A DNA stretch of 64,000 nt from Cladosporium halotolerans (Eukaryota), in the NCBI RefSeq assembly GCF_011745625.1, contig NW_027191456.1:1054001-1118000 (forward strand). The letters are read 5' to 3'. Under the pieces are notes generated by a model, which saw only the letters and a list, made by a program, of their open reading frames with translations, ran no database searches and was not told the origin of the DNA. This document shows positions 12,682 to 24,700 of the stretch, piece by piece. A program made the translations under genes and the position numbers. Position 1 is the first letter of the stretch. Each line of letters opens with the position of its first letter.

Positions 12682-13689
12682 TCATGCCGTATCCTCGTAA
12701 ACGCGAAAGCCTGCAGCCGGTATTCCATCGTCCAGCAGCTTCTTCCTATGAGCGATCAAGCGCTTAATCTCCACCTCGACAAGATTCAAATGTCGAGCCC
12801 CCTCCGCCGTCCCATATAGCCTATACAGTACCAGCACCTCGATCGTACAACGCCGGTCAAAATCCACGCTCACCGTTCCATCATCGTGTCTAGCAACAAT
12901 CATCCCATCTGCATCATCCCGCAGCAGCTCCGAGCTCTCAACGCCCCAGTCGACTCCGAGAATGATCAGCGCGGCGTACACGTCCAGCTTGTCCACCCGA
13001 ACAACATTTCCGTCGCCTTCCCGTGGAAGCGGTGGGCCGGCCTCATTGTCAATGAACTGATTGATGGCGAGCAGCTTATGCTCTATGGCCAGCGTCAGAG
13101 GTCCAGCATTCTCCCAGACGCCTTCATGGTGTTCTTCGGCTTCCGGGGACTCGACGACGATTGCTTTCGACTTCTTGGGCAGAGATTTCTTGCGCTTCCT
13201 GACAGGCGACGAGTTTTCTTCCGCTTCGGCGGTCTTGCGCTTGCGTGACGCTTTCGGCTCGGGCGCTGCGATAGTTCCTTGCTTCGCGTGCGCTCGCTTG
13301 GCGCGAGTGGTGCTTCGGGTTTTGGGCAGTGGTGATAGCGGAGCAGCTTCCTCTTCTGTTTTTCCATTTGATGATGCTAAAGGTGCGCTCGTCTTGCGTT
13401 GCCTCTTTTTCGGAGGGAGCGGAGAGCTATCGAAGGCGATCACGACGCCTTGTGCGAGCAGCGATTCGCGCTGTTCGAGCAGCTGGGCGCTACTGGGTGT
13501 TGCTGGTGTGGACGGGCCGGGCGACGAAGTACCAGTCTGATGCTGAGCAGGCTTCTCGGGGGTAGCAAACTCGGTCACTATCCCATTGTCAATGAGGGAC
13601 TGGCGTTCTGCAATGAGCTGTGCGTTGGTAGGTGTGGTTGGCGTGGACGAGGCGAGCGAGCGCGCGGAGGCTTTGCGCTTTGGTGGCAT
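12682..13689 (-). CDS. Hypothetical 335-aa protein, basic S/T-P-rich disordered N-terminus with NLS-like motifs
   Basis: ATG-initiated ORF with PPKRK, PPKKRQRK and RKRKK basic clusters, an internal 27-aa duplication and a more globular C-terminal ~140 aa; no recognised domain. Confidence 0.65.
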   Translation of the reverse strand: MPPKRKASARSLASSTPTTPTNAQLIAERQSLIDNGIVTEFATPEKPAQHQTGTSSPGPSTPATPSSAQLLEQRESLLAQGVVIAFDSSPLPPKKRQRKTSAPLASSNGKTEEEAAPLSPLPKTRSTTRAKRAHAKQGTIAAPEPKASRKRKTAEAEENSSPVRKRKKSLPKKSKAIVVESPEAEEHHEGVWENAGPLTLAIEHKLLAINQFIDNEAGPPLPREGDGNVVRVDKLDVYAALIILGVDWGVESSELLRDDADGMIVARHDDGTVSVDFDRRCTIEVLVLYRLYGTAEGARHLNLVEVEIKRLIAHRKKLLDDGIPAAGFRVYEDTA

Positions 13690-14391
13690 TGTCTTGAGCT
13701 TTGATGGACTAATTTGTAGAGATCACCCAGATTTAGCACAAGCTGCCAAGTGGGGAAATGATGCAGGTGGTATTCTCGCTGTATTGTATGATCGACGAAT
13801 GCGGAAGTCGTGGACGTATTCCCGGACAAAGGCTTTGTCTGGCGTGGAGCGCTGTAATATCAGGTAGGCTTATACGCAGAAATCTGTTGTATGGCGTATA
13901 ATGAGTACGCAGGTTACTGGCGATTTCGAGAGTCGTCCGACAACTTTTCCCAAACGGAAGGTTGTGGCTCGGCTTTCGCGCATGCTCACGTGAAGCATAA
14001 GCCGCGGTCGCTTGGCGCGCCGCGCTCGTAAGTGAAGTCGGCAGTGGAAGTCATGACCTCGATGCCCTTATCACATCGCGATATACCCTCAGTTTTTCGA
14101 GCTCGATCTTTCTCCATGGCGCTGTCATGTGCGGGATGGGTGTCCTCACGTTAGAGTCTGTCTGACCATCGCCGTTTCGTTGGCGCGTTTGAGTACTTGA
14201 GGCTGTCTTCATGTCCTCACCTGTCAAAGTCAATTACATCGGCTGTTCGCATAGTACTTAGGCAGGACCATTGCAACATGTTTGCTCGAATGTTTCAGTC
14301 GTGTACCATCACATCAGCTCTCGAAAGTGACAGCATAACTGATAGCATCTCAACCCAATCTAAGCACCAATCAATTAAACAAACAAACAAA

Positions 14392-14864
14392 ATGGCAATG
14401 TCTGCTTCTCAATCAGTTGCAACGTGAGTAACTCCAAAGGATTGCCTCACGATTCTCAAGCTAATGCCCGCGTCAGCGCCGACTCCTGGGCCGAGCTTGA
14501 TGCCGCAGACATCTTGCTCAAGCACTTCAGCGCGCCGTACTACGAACCCGCGAAGGAGTTTGTCCGCAGGCTTGACGAGGCCAAAATCTGGCGCGCAGGA
14601 AAGAAGCGCAGTCGCAAAGAGAAAAAGGCCGGCAGTGACGCCGGTATCGCAAAGAAGCGCAAGCGTAGCAACGCTTCTTCCGCTACTACCTGTCCGCCTC
14701 CAGTTCCAAAGTGGACTAAGCAGCAGAGAGAGGAGGCTGCCGAGAAGAAGAAGCAAGAGGCGGCCGATGCTGCTGCCAAAGGCGTCCGAAGGTCGGGGAG
14801 GGCCACCGTGCCCAGTGAGAGGCTCCTCAACGCCGATGTCACCTGGGTGCAGTTAAGCGCATGA
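14392..14864 (+). CDS. Hypothetical small Lys/Arg-rich protein, 2 exons
   Basis: A-rich leader (AAACAAACAAAATG); exon 14392-14423, intron 14424-14476 (GTGAGT..GCTAAT..CAG), exon 14477-14864 in frame: MAMSASQSVATADSWAELDAADILLKHF...KKRSRKEKK...RRSGRA. Confidence 0.6.
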
Positions 14865-15729
14865 GCGCCCACGGCGGCCGGCTGCACTTGAATGTGGCCT
14901 TCATAGTTTGCTTCACCAAGAATGATAAATTGTGATTGTTTTACTGCTCTCACTTAAATCTATCATCAATTAGGACAATTTTGAAATTAGACTGTGACTT
15001 TCCTTGCCAGTGATGACGATAGCCCTGGTAGGTCAACCGTGCCCCAATATTTGGTCGCATCGCCAGCGAGATGACCTCCAATCTGCGCTTACTCAATCAT
15101 ACGATCGTCCACGGACAAACATGTGAAAAGTGCATGTGATGCTGTAGAGCTGCAAATAAACAGGCAGACCGATGAACAAATCTTTGTCAAGTGAAGTCGC
15201 CTGTGAAACGTTCAGACGGCCTTAGGACGTTGCACGTGATCTGACCTCCGCGGTCAAACGTCATTCGCGCGAGAAGGTGCCACCCGCAAGCCGAGCGATC
15301 TTGGAGTCTGAAGGAAGCAACCGTGCACGAGCTCCAAACGTCCTATGAGTGAAGCAAACTCATATTCTATTGCAACAACCGCACCGCCCTCTTCATCAAA
15401 CCCCCGCGTGCGACTGCTGGAGTCCGGCTCTGTCTGCGAAGCGCACTACCCTACATCTTATTCGACAAACACCCAACCGGAAGAGCTCTACTCGCAGCGC
15501 CTGCACCGCTGCGTTTCAGACATTCTACCACTTCGGCTTTCATCTTACCTCACGACCACGGTTGCACAACCCTCGAAAAGCTGGGTTTGACTGGAGACGA
15601 AATCACGCAAACCCTCCCAAAAAGCCACGCATACACATGATAATCACCTGCATTTGATTACTTCACGCACCAGGCGCGGTAGCCTGATCTTATACAGCGC
15701 AGTCGCGCAACCCTCCGACTGCCGCCATC

Positions 15730-18700
15730 ATGGGCAGGATCAAGAAGACGCCGTCGGAGCGTCATACTGCCACAATCTCTCCCGCCATCACAGAGTTCGT
15801 TGAGACAGCATCACGGACGCCGCTTCATGAATTGCCTTCAAAGCTCACCAGCTTCCCGCGCTTATGGCCACTGCCTCGCGGAGACCTATACCACTGGATT
15901 CCTCTGCTAGACCGCTTCGATCACATTCTCGAACTTTTCAACAAGGAGTACGGTCTCAGCGATGGTCCCCAGACACAGCCTTTCGAGCGTAGATTGCTGG
16001 AAAAGGGCGATGCAGAGGATGGAATGCCATACCCTGCCGGTGGTGCTCAGAAACAAGAGCTAGATGCGTCAGGTTATTCAGCAGAGGGCGACAAGGAGCT
16101 TGTGGAAGCTATCGTGTACTTCACTCGCCTGCTTCTGGAACACTGCGGTAACCGTAGCTTGTACGCAAGCAGCGGGCACATCAACGACCTCCTGCACACT
16201 ACGTCGTTGAGCCTGCTGAAGGCGGCATTGAAGCTTGGTCTGCGCCTTGCACAGCGCTACCAAGTTGCTCGGTATAAGAACAACTCGGCGCAGATTCAGC
16301 CAACGCTGCTAGCAAACCACTATAACTTCAATCTTGACAACTTGCACAAGGTCGCATTGCCCTTCCCCAAGCCGCCGAGCACTCTCTCGAACGTGGCTAC
16401 AACGACACCAGGTAAGGGTAAGGACAAGGCTGTCCCTACATCTTCCTTCAACCCTTCCGACCTCGCTGCACTTGTAAAGGAGCCGCTCTCCGGGACTCTG
16501 AAGCGCGAGCTGTCAAATGTTCACGTTACCTTCTACGATCAGCCATCAACGTTTGAAAAGCCTCATGCCATGCACACATCTCAAGCTGAGGCTGCGCCGG
16601 ATTCTCCGACTCCTGTGCGTAGAACATCGGCCCTCGGCCCTTCGAGAGATCGGCCGCCTGTTGGTGACCGCAGTCAAAGTACAAACGACGTGGGCGACAC
16701 TCCGGTAAAGTCGCGCGAGACTGATACGTCTAATGCTCCCAAGACCTTCCAACTGCCAGCCTCTCGGGTGGCAGAGGTCCCTTCTTGGCAACTGATGCGT
16801 GAGGCAATGGCTAGCGTTCCAAAAGAATCCCATTACGACCTTCTCAACCGTGTTCGCATCGCACAGGCCTTTGCTTCTCCGCAACCGCCCATACAGCTCC
16901 TGTTGGAAACTCGGCTGCTCGCAATCGCCAACCTTGCTTACGCCGTGGGAGAGTCAAAGTTCCAGGAGAAGATTGGCCAGGCTGATGGCGAAGAGCCTCG
17001 CAGGTTTCATTTGGCACAGCAGTTGTGCGATCTCCTGCAACCGGTGTCCAACGGCCAGAGTGTGCTCGCTCTCGACCTTGAGACAACTGTACTGCAAACA
17101 CTCGAAGCACTGGTCCGGCTCAAGCACAAGTGGTCGGAAGTCGTGGAAGCGCTGGCCATCACGGTGAACCATGGCATCCTGTACTACGAGCTTCGCAAAG
17201 CAGTTGCAACCTTACATTCCGAAGATCACGCGGACACCGAACTCGAACTGAAGGAAACCGACTGGCGGACAGCCACATTGACACTTGTCGACACGGTGTC
17301 CCAGGCCAACCCGCAAGCCAAGTACGCCGAAAGGATGCTCGCCGCAGGTGTCATGGACATCGAGATTGAAGTCCTCTCTCTGCGCACCAAGCGTGCTGAA
17401 CGACACCAGGAGAAGGTCATTGGTTTCCTCGATGCTTACATTCACAACATCGCCGCCTCCTTCCAGACCTTGACCTCCCTCAAGGGCCTCGACATCGTCA
17501 GCGACCTTGCTAAGTACGAGGTCGACACGTCATTGGCGAGCCTGGAACGCGGCGAAGAGATGCCCGCGAGTTACAAGTCCAAGGTCATCGACTACGATAT
17601 TCCTTACTACCAACAAGCGACCCTGCGCTCACTTTTCAAGTTCATCGTCCATCTCTTCGACCACAACTCTGGTGTTCACGATCGCGAGTTGCGGAATCTC
17701 CTGGACTCACCTCAAATGCTTGGAGCGCTCCGAACAGTCATCGAGCGCGCCGGCGTCTTCGGTTCGAACGTTTGGTCTGGTGCCGTCAACACTGTTAGCA
17801 ACTTTATCCACAACGAGCCGACTAGCTTCCAGGTCATCGCTGAGGCTGGCCTCGCGAAGGCAATTCTGGAAACTATTACAAAATCCAATCTGTCAGACGA
17901 GATCCCTGCAGACTTTGAGCCTAATGTCAGTTTTGAGCCAGAGCCTGTGGAAGTTGTCGACGGTGAGGTCAAACACCCAGTCGTCGGCGGCATCCTGCCT
18001 GTTGGTGAAACCATCTGCGACATCCCGACCGCGTTTGGCGCGATTTGCTTGAATGAGAATGGCATGAAGCTCTTCCAATCATCAAACGCTCTCGACAAGT
18101 TCTTCGACATCTTCGTCTCACCACCTCACGTCCGCGCTCTTGAAGACGAGGGCATGACAGCTGCAACTGTCGGCAACGCTTTCGACGAGCTTTCCCGCCA
18201 TCATCCTCAGCTGAAAGAGCAAATTCTTGCTGCTGTCGTCAAGATGGTGAAGAAGGTGCGTTCCGTGACTCAAATCCTTGCCGAGCAGTCGGCAGTAGGC
18301 GCTAAGCTCTGGACATTGCCTTCTGGCGAGGAAGAGTCTGAGGTCTCTGGCGGCGTGCGTGCTGTCGCTGGTCACGGGGTTTTTGAGGCCAGTGGCAAGA
18401 TCACTGCGAGTGAGATTGGAGAAGACGCCCCCGAGCGCGCGAGGGCAACGCCCTACATCAGCGCTTGTATCAAGTTCTTGGACGGCTTCTTCCATAACTC
18501 CACCATGTGTCAGAACTTTTGCGTGAACGGTGGCGGCGAGGTCGTGATCGATCTTGCAACTTCGCCTAGCAATCCGCCAGATCTTGTTGCTTATAATGTG
18601 TTCAGCAAGATGGCAACGGTTGTCAAGCGCATGTGCGAAGAGAAGCCCCATCTCATCCTACCGAGTCTGCTCGCCAGGACCCAGGCTGCACTCAAGCACC

Positions 18701-21700
18701 TGAAGCCTCTGATCGATTCCAAAGAGCCTGGCAGCTACTTCAAGCAGTACACTGATCCAAGTGTCGCGAAAGAAACGCCGGCGGGCCCAGAGGGAACCAC
18801 TGTCATCAAAGCTCTCACATCCGCTCATGTGTTATCGCACATGCTTGGTAGGGCGCTTGTGCCTAGCAGCTCAAGCCCGCGTCACCCGAGTTCCAACCAG
18901 ATGTTCACCATGCTCAACTTCACGGATGTCTACGTCGAGCTTATCGACTCTTTCAGCAAGCTGCATACGGCTTGTCTATGGGAGAACCTCGAGCTCCGTG
19001 ATCGCCTTTCAGACAACGAGAAGTGGAAGAATGGCACTGACCCTAGGCCATTCTCTCCTCGACGCGTTAACGCGGAAGGCTTTGTCGAACTGCCTCAAGC
19101 CAGCAACGGTGACGGTAAAGCGGAAGGCAATGCTAAAGGGCCTTCGGCATCTGACATTGGAGAGACGAAGGCAGAGCTTTTCGCCTTTAAGAATACAAGA
19201 GCAATTCGCTACCTCATCAGCCAGACCCCTACAGGCATCGAATCATTTTTCCAGAATCTGGGTCAAGTTTTGATCCCAAAGAGGACTACAGACCTCAACA
19301 CCAAGCAGCACGCCGCACTTGTTGCTGACCACCTCGCGAAGTCAGCGCTTCGGGAGCTCGATGCTCGCAAGCTCGGCAAAGTCAACGAGGATGCTGAGCT
19401 CAAGTACGTGGGCCATGTGCTGCACTGCACGACCCGTATGCTGCTTCGTAGCACTCATTCCATGGACACGTATGGCAGTAAGGAGGCCGTCACCCTCGTT
19501 CTGCTCAAATTCTATCACGCCGACGGATTCGACAAACTCAAAGAGAAGCTGAAGTTGTTCGGTGATGTGCTTGCTCGCCCTGGTGACAAGCCTGAAGCGG
19601 TTGAGAATGCTGCTCGAGAGGGTCTCTCGACGATCCTCAGCTTCTACAGTCAGATTGTTCGACCGAAGTGCATCAACGATGCTGCACAATCCAACATTCT
19701 TTCTGTCCGCGGAGCCGACAACGCAGACTATTTCGCTCCAGGCCAATTCCTTGTTGAACTCCGCAAGGTAGTTCTCGACACTGTTACCGAGGTCTGGCAC
19801 TCTGATGCTATCGTGCAAATAGGAGATCACAACGTCAAAGCTGTCATCGAGATCCTCAAGTTTGTTCTCAAGGCAGAGGGTGAGGAGCGTGGTCTTACGC
19901 GTAGCGAGAAGGCGACGCGCCGTGTCACTACTGCTGCACCTGATTTCACGCTGAAGAACTTCAGCAACGTGGACAACGTTAAAAACGCTGGCTTTGAAGG
20001 CGATCTTGCCCGCGAGGCAATTTACCGATGCAACAACCACGAGCTGTTCGCCAAAGAATACGCAGATCTTCGTAAAGCACACAACGCCCCTCGCTTTGCT
20101 ATTCCTGGCGGTGACAAGGAGCCCGAGCCGGTTCCTTCAAACGATAACACCCGATCTGTTGAGATGCGTGACGCTGGTGCTGAAGAAGCGCAGCCCACTA
20201 GCAGCTCGCAGGAGGTGCCGTCTTCTGACCAAGACATGTCAGAAGATGACAATTTTGGTTCGCTTGGTGCTCTTCCAGTCGACCTGGCCAACTCCGATCT
20301 GCTAGCCATGACCGACCGGAGTCAAGCGTTGCACCGCATGCTCGGGTTCGCGACTGCCGAAGCACCTTCAGCTGAACCTCCCGCCGAGGACACCAAGAGG
20401 CCTTTCATTACCGTCGAAGACCTGAGCGAGGCCAGAGATGAGCTGCGCGCAGACATCATCGACAGATGCTTAGAGGTTTTAAGTGGACAGCCGAACATAA
20501 CATTCGAGCTAGCGGACCTCATTCAAGCTGCCGTTGCTAAGTCCGGCGAAGGCGCCAACCCCAGGGCTGAGATTGGCAACACCCTCGTGTCTTCTCTCCT
20601 CTCATTGCAAGGCGAGGAAGGCTCTGAGTCGGGCGCCAAGATTTCGTCTTATGCACACCTGGTGGCTCTTATTATGCAGGAGCGGGACTTCTTTGATTCC
20701 ACATTGGACGAGCTTAAGGATAACTTCGAGTCTTTCATCAATTGGATTCAACTTCGTCCGGACCAGAAGGCAGAGGATGCCCCATGGATCGAAATGCTCC
20801 TGCTGATCATGGAGCGCGTGCTTGCAGAGGACGAACAGCCCATTGAGGTCGAATGGACCGCGCCGTCCACTGACGAGCCCACGAAACCTCTACCAGAGCC
20901 CAAGATCCCCGAGCCTGTTGTGCCTCAGGAAACTCGCGCGCAGCTCTTCGGCACAATCGTGGATCTCCTGCCAAAGGTTGGCAAGAACTCTTCACTTGCG
21001 TTGTCAATCACGCGTGTGCTCGTGATCCTGACCCGCCGCCATGATCTGGCATCTCGTTTGAGCGAGAAGATGTGCATGTCTCGCCTCTTTCTCATGATCA
21101 GGCAGCTTTCGGGCGCCGTTGGAGAGAAGCTCCAGACTTCGTTCTTGCTGGTCCTCCGCCATCTGATCGAAGACGAGCAGACCATCAGACAAATCATGAA
21201 GACTGAGATCAAGAATGCGTTCGAAGGCCAGCGCACCATGCGAGCCATTGACACGACCTCCTACGTTCGCAACCTGTATCATCTCGTGCTCCGCGACCCC
21301 CAGATTTTCGTGGAGGTCACGCAGGAGATGCTTGAGATCCCTCGCTTCGATGGTCACCCCAACCGTGCACAGACTCTCGCATTGAAGCCTGTTCCGAAGC
21401 CTGAGGAGAAGCCTGAAGATGCATCTGCCACCAAGACCGAAGGCGAGTCTAGTGCTGCCGCGCAAGCGAAGCCGACTGAGACGAAGACTCCCGATGTAAA
21501 CTCTACGGACGGCATCGTGCCTTTCTTGCTCCGCGAGCTTTCAAGCTACAGGGAGGTCGAAGACAAGCCAGCTCCCAAGAAGCCTGAAATCAAAGCCCCT
21601 GCTCCAGAGGGCAATGCGGCGAATGCGGGCGACGTGGACATGCCGGACGCAGCTTCAGGCGAGAAGTCCGGAGAAGACAAGAAGGAGGAGAAGCCTGTGT

Positions 21701-24700
21701 TCAAGGCTGAGGAGCACACCATTTACATCTACCGATGCTTCCTCCTTCAATGTCTGTCAGAGCTCCTGGCTTGCTACTCGCGCACGAAGCTCGAGTTCAT
21801 CAACTTCTCTAGGAAGTCGGAGTCTCAGCCTGCCACGCCGTCGAAGCCTCGCTCTGGCACGCTCATGTATTTGCTGAATGTCCTTCTGCCTACTGGCTCT
21901 CTGGAGCACAAGGATGAGATTGTCCACCGCAAGAGACAGGTGACTTCTAACTGGGCTACCACAGTTCTTGTCGCGCTGTGCTCGCAGACGCAGGAGAACT
22001 ACAATCCGCGCCAAGTCAACAGTCAAAAACAACCGGAGGAAGATCCCGACCTCCTGTTCGTCCGCCGCTTTGTTCTGGATCATGCTATCAAGGTTTACAA
22101 AGACGCGACCACTTCCCCCGAGCCCTTGGACCAGCGCTACTCGAAGCTTCTTGCGATTGCAGATCTTTTTGATCGCATGCTGAATGCCAAACCCGACAGG
22201 CAGAGCCCCATTAATGCCGCCGGCTTCGACAAGTCGCGTCAGCAGCTCGGTCGTCTGATGTACGAGAAGAACCTGATCGCAGCTTTGACTTCTTCTGTTG
22301 CCGAGCTTGATCTGAATTTCCCGAACGCTAAGCGCGCTGTTAAGCACATCCTTGTCCCGCTCAAGACTCTCACAGATCTCGCCGTAGAGCTCAGTCAGCG
22401 TGCTGAGCTGTCTTCTACGCCAGGCACTAGCACTGAAGAAGAGGAAATTGCGTCCGACACGTCCGCTTCCGAAGGAGATTCTGAGGAAGAGCGCGAGCAG
22501 ACTCCTGATCTCTATCGTAACTCAGCCCTTGGCATCTACAATGCCGAAGAGGATGACGACGAGGACGAAGATGACGATGAAGATGACGACGAAATGGAAG
22601 ACTACGAGGGCTACGACGAGGAAATGGAGTTCGACGAGGAAGATGGGGCTGCTCCTGGCGACGTCGTCAGCGACGATGACGAAGACGAGATGGAGGGCAT
22701 GGAAGGCATGGAGGAGATGGGTCCGATTGAAGGTCTCCACGGTGACCGCATGGAAGTTGAAGTCATCGACGGATCCGACGACGATGAGGATGACGAGTCC
22801 GGAGACGAAGTTGACGATGATGACGAGGACGAAGATGGCTACGACCATGATCTCGAAGAGATTACTGGCGATGAAGAGAATGCCAGCATGGCTGACGATG
22901 TCGAAGAGGCCGACTGGGAAGACGAGGTCGACGACTATGACGACGAAGAAGAGGCTCGTCACGGCGGCCCGCTTGACCATATTGCCCACGTTCTCGGCGA
23001 GCCTGCCGACGGCGTCGACCCCGATGATGGTCTTCAGGTTGATATGGGCGCTGATGGCGAAGACGAGTTCTTCGAGGACGAAATGCCGCCCGGCGAGGAC
23101 GAAGATGACGAGGAGGACGAAATCGACTTCGATGGAGACGTCGTCTACGAGCCCGAGCACGAGGACGAGGAAATGGACGAGATGGGCTGGGAATGGGACG
23201 TGCCACCACCGGCCATGGGCCGCGGTCATCACCATCACCATCGTCAGGGCGGCGCCGGCCTCGGCGAATTCCTCGATTTCATGAACGCCGATCCTTTGCG
23301 TCCGGCGCCTCCTCGCTACCACCGTGGCATCGGAAACGGACGTGGCGAAGAGGAAGGCACCAACCCTCTTCTCCAGCGCAACTTTGGCCCGGCCATTGGT
23401 GGTGACCGTGCTGGAGGTGCCACCCCGCCTTTCATGTCGCGTGGCTCGCGCATGGGTGGCGGGCAGAACATCATTGGTGACCTTGTCGCTGCCATGAACC
23501 GCGGTGGCCCTGGCAATGGTGAATTCGAGCGCATCAGCCTGAACGTCGACCCTCGCCAATTTATGGGAGGCCGCGGCTTACACCCTGTTTTCGCAATCAG
23601 CCCTCGTGGAGGTGCCCAATTCATTGACATTGACCCTCGTCGCCCCTGGCGTGAGCAAGTCCCTGGCTTCACCAACTCCCGCGGGACTTCCCCCACTGAT
23701 GAAGGCCAAGCTGTTGAGTTCCGCCCTATGGTCACGTCTGTGCGATGGCAAGAGGAAGCCCGCATGCTCTTCGGTGGCAAGCACCACGAGAAGGCCACCC
23801 GCATCATCCACAGCCTGCTTAGGCTTCTCCTTCCTCCTGCCATGGAGGCCAAGAAGATCCGCGACAAGGAAGAAGCCGAGCGCAGAGCTGCTGAAGAAAA
23901 GGCTCGCGAAGAAGAGCGGCAGAAGGCTGAGGCTGAGCGCAAGGAACGTGAAGAGCGCGAGAAGAAGGAGCGCGAAGAGAGAGAAGCCAAAGAGGCTGAA
24001 GAGGCCGCCGCCAAGGCTGCTGCTGAAGCTCCTGAAGGCAGCCAGCCCGCACCGACCGACGAGGCTGCTCAAGGTTCCTCTGCTGCTGCTGGCGAAGCTG
24101 CTGCCGAATCCGCACCACGCGAGCGCATCACTATCACTATCCGGGGTCGCGAACTCGACATCACCGAACTTGGCATTGATCGTGAATACATCGAAGCACT
24201 CCCAGAAGAATTCAGGGAAGATGTTATTATGGGCCAATTTGCTGAACGCCGCCGTGCTGCACAGGAGACCGAGGTCACCCAGAGTGGAGAAGCACCAAGC
24301 GAGATTAGTCGCGAGTTCCTGGACGCCTTGCCCGCAGAGCTACAAGCCGAGCTGCTTGCCTCTGAGGCTAGAGATCGACGTCGCCGCGAGCAGCAAGAGG
24401 CTAGACGCCAACAGCGCGCTCAAGGCGGAGGACAGGCGGCCCAGGCTCAAGACATGGACCAAAGCGACTTCCTTGCCACACTCGACCCCGGCCTTCGTCA
24501 GACTGTTCTCATGGAGCAGGACCCGGAAATGATCAACTTGCTCCCGGAAGAGCTGCAGCGCGAAGCGCGCGAGCTCATTGGCGACAGGCCCAGACACCGC
24601 CCTGGGAGAGATGTGCGCGGTCCTCGTGTCATCAACGTGCCTGCGGGTGGTCTCCCGCAAGCCGGCGAGGAAACCGAGGAGCGTCAGCGCTTCAGGCCAG

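Noticed and set aside
22540..23200. GAC/GAG/GAT-rich repetitive tract
   Set aside because: It encodes the known acidic region of Tom1/HUWE1; it is not a satellite or an array.
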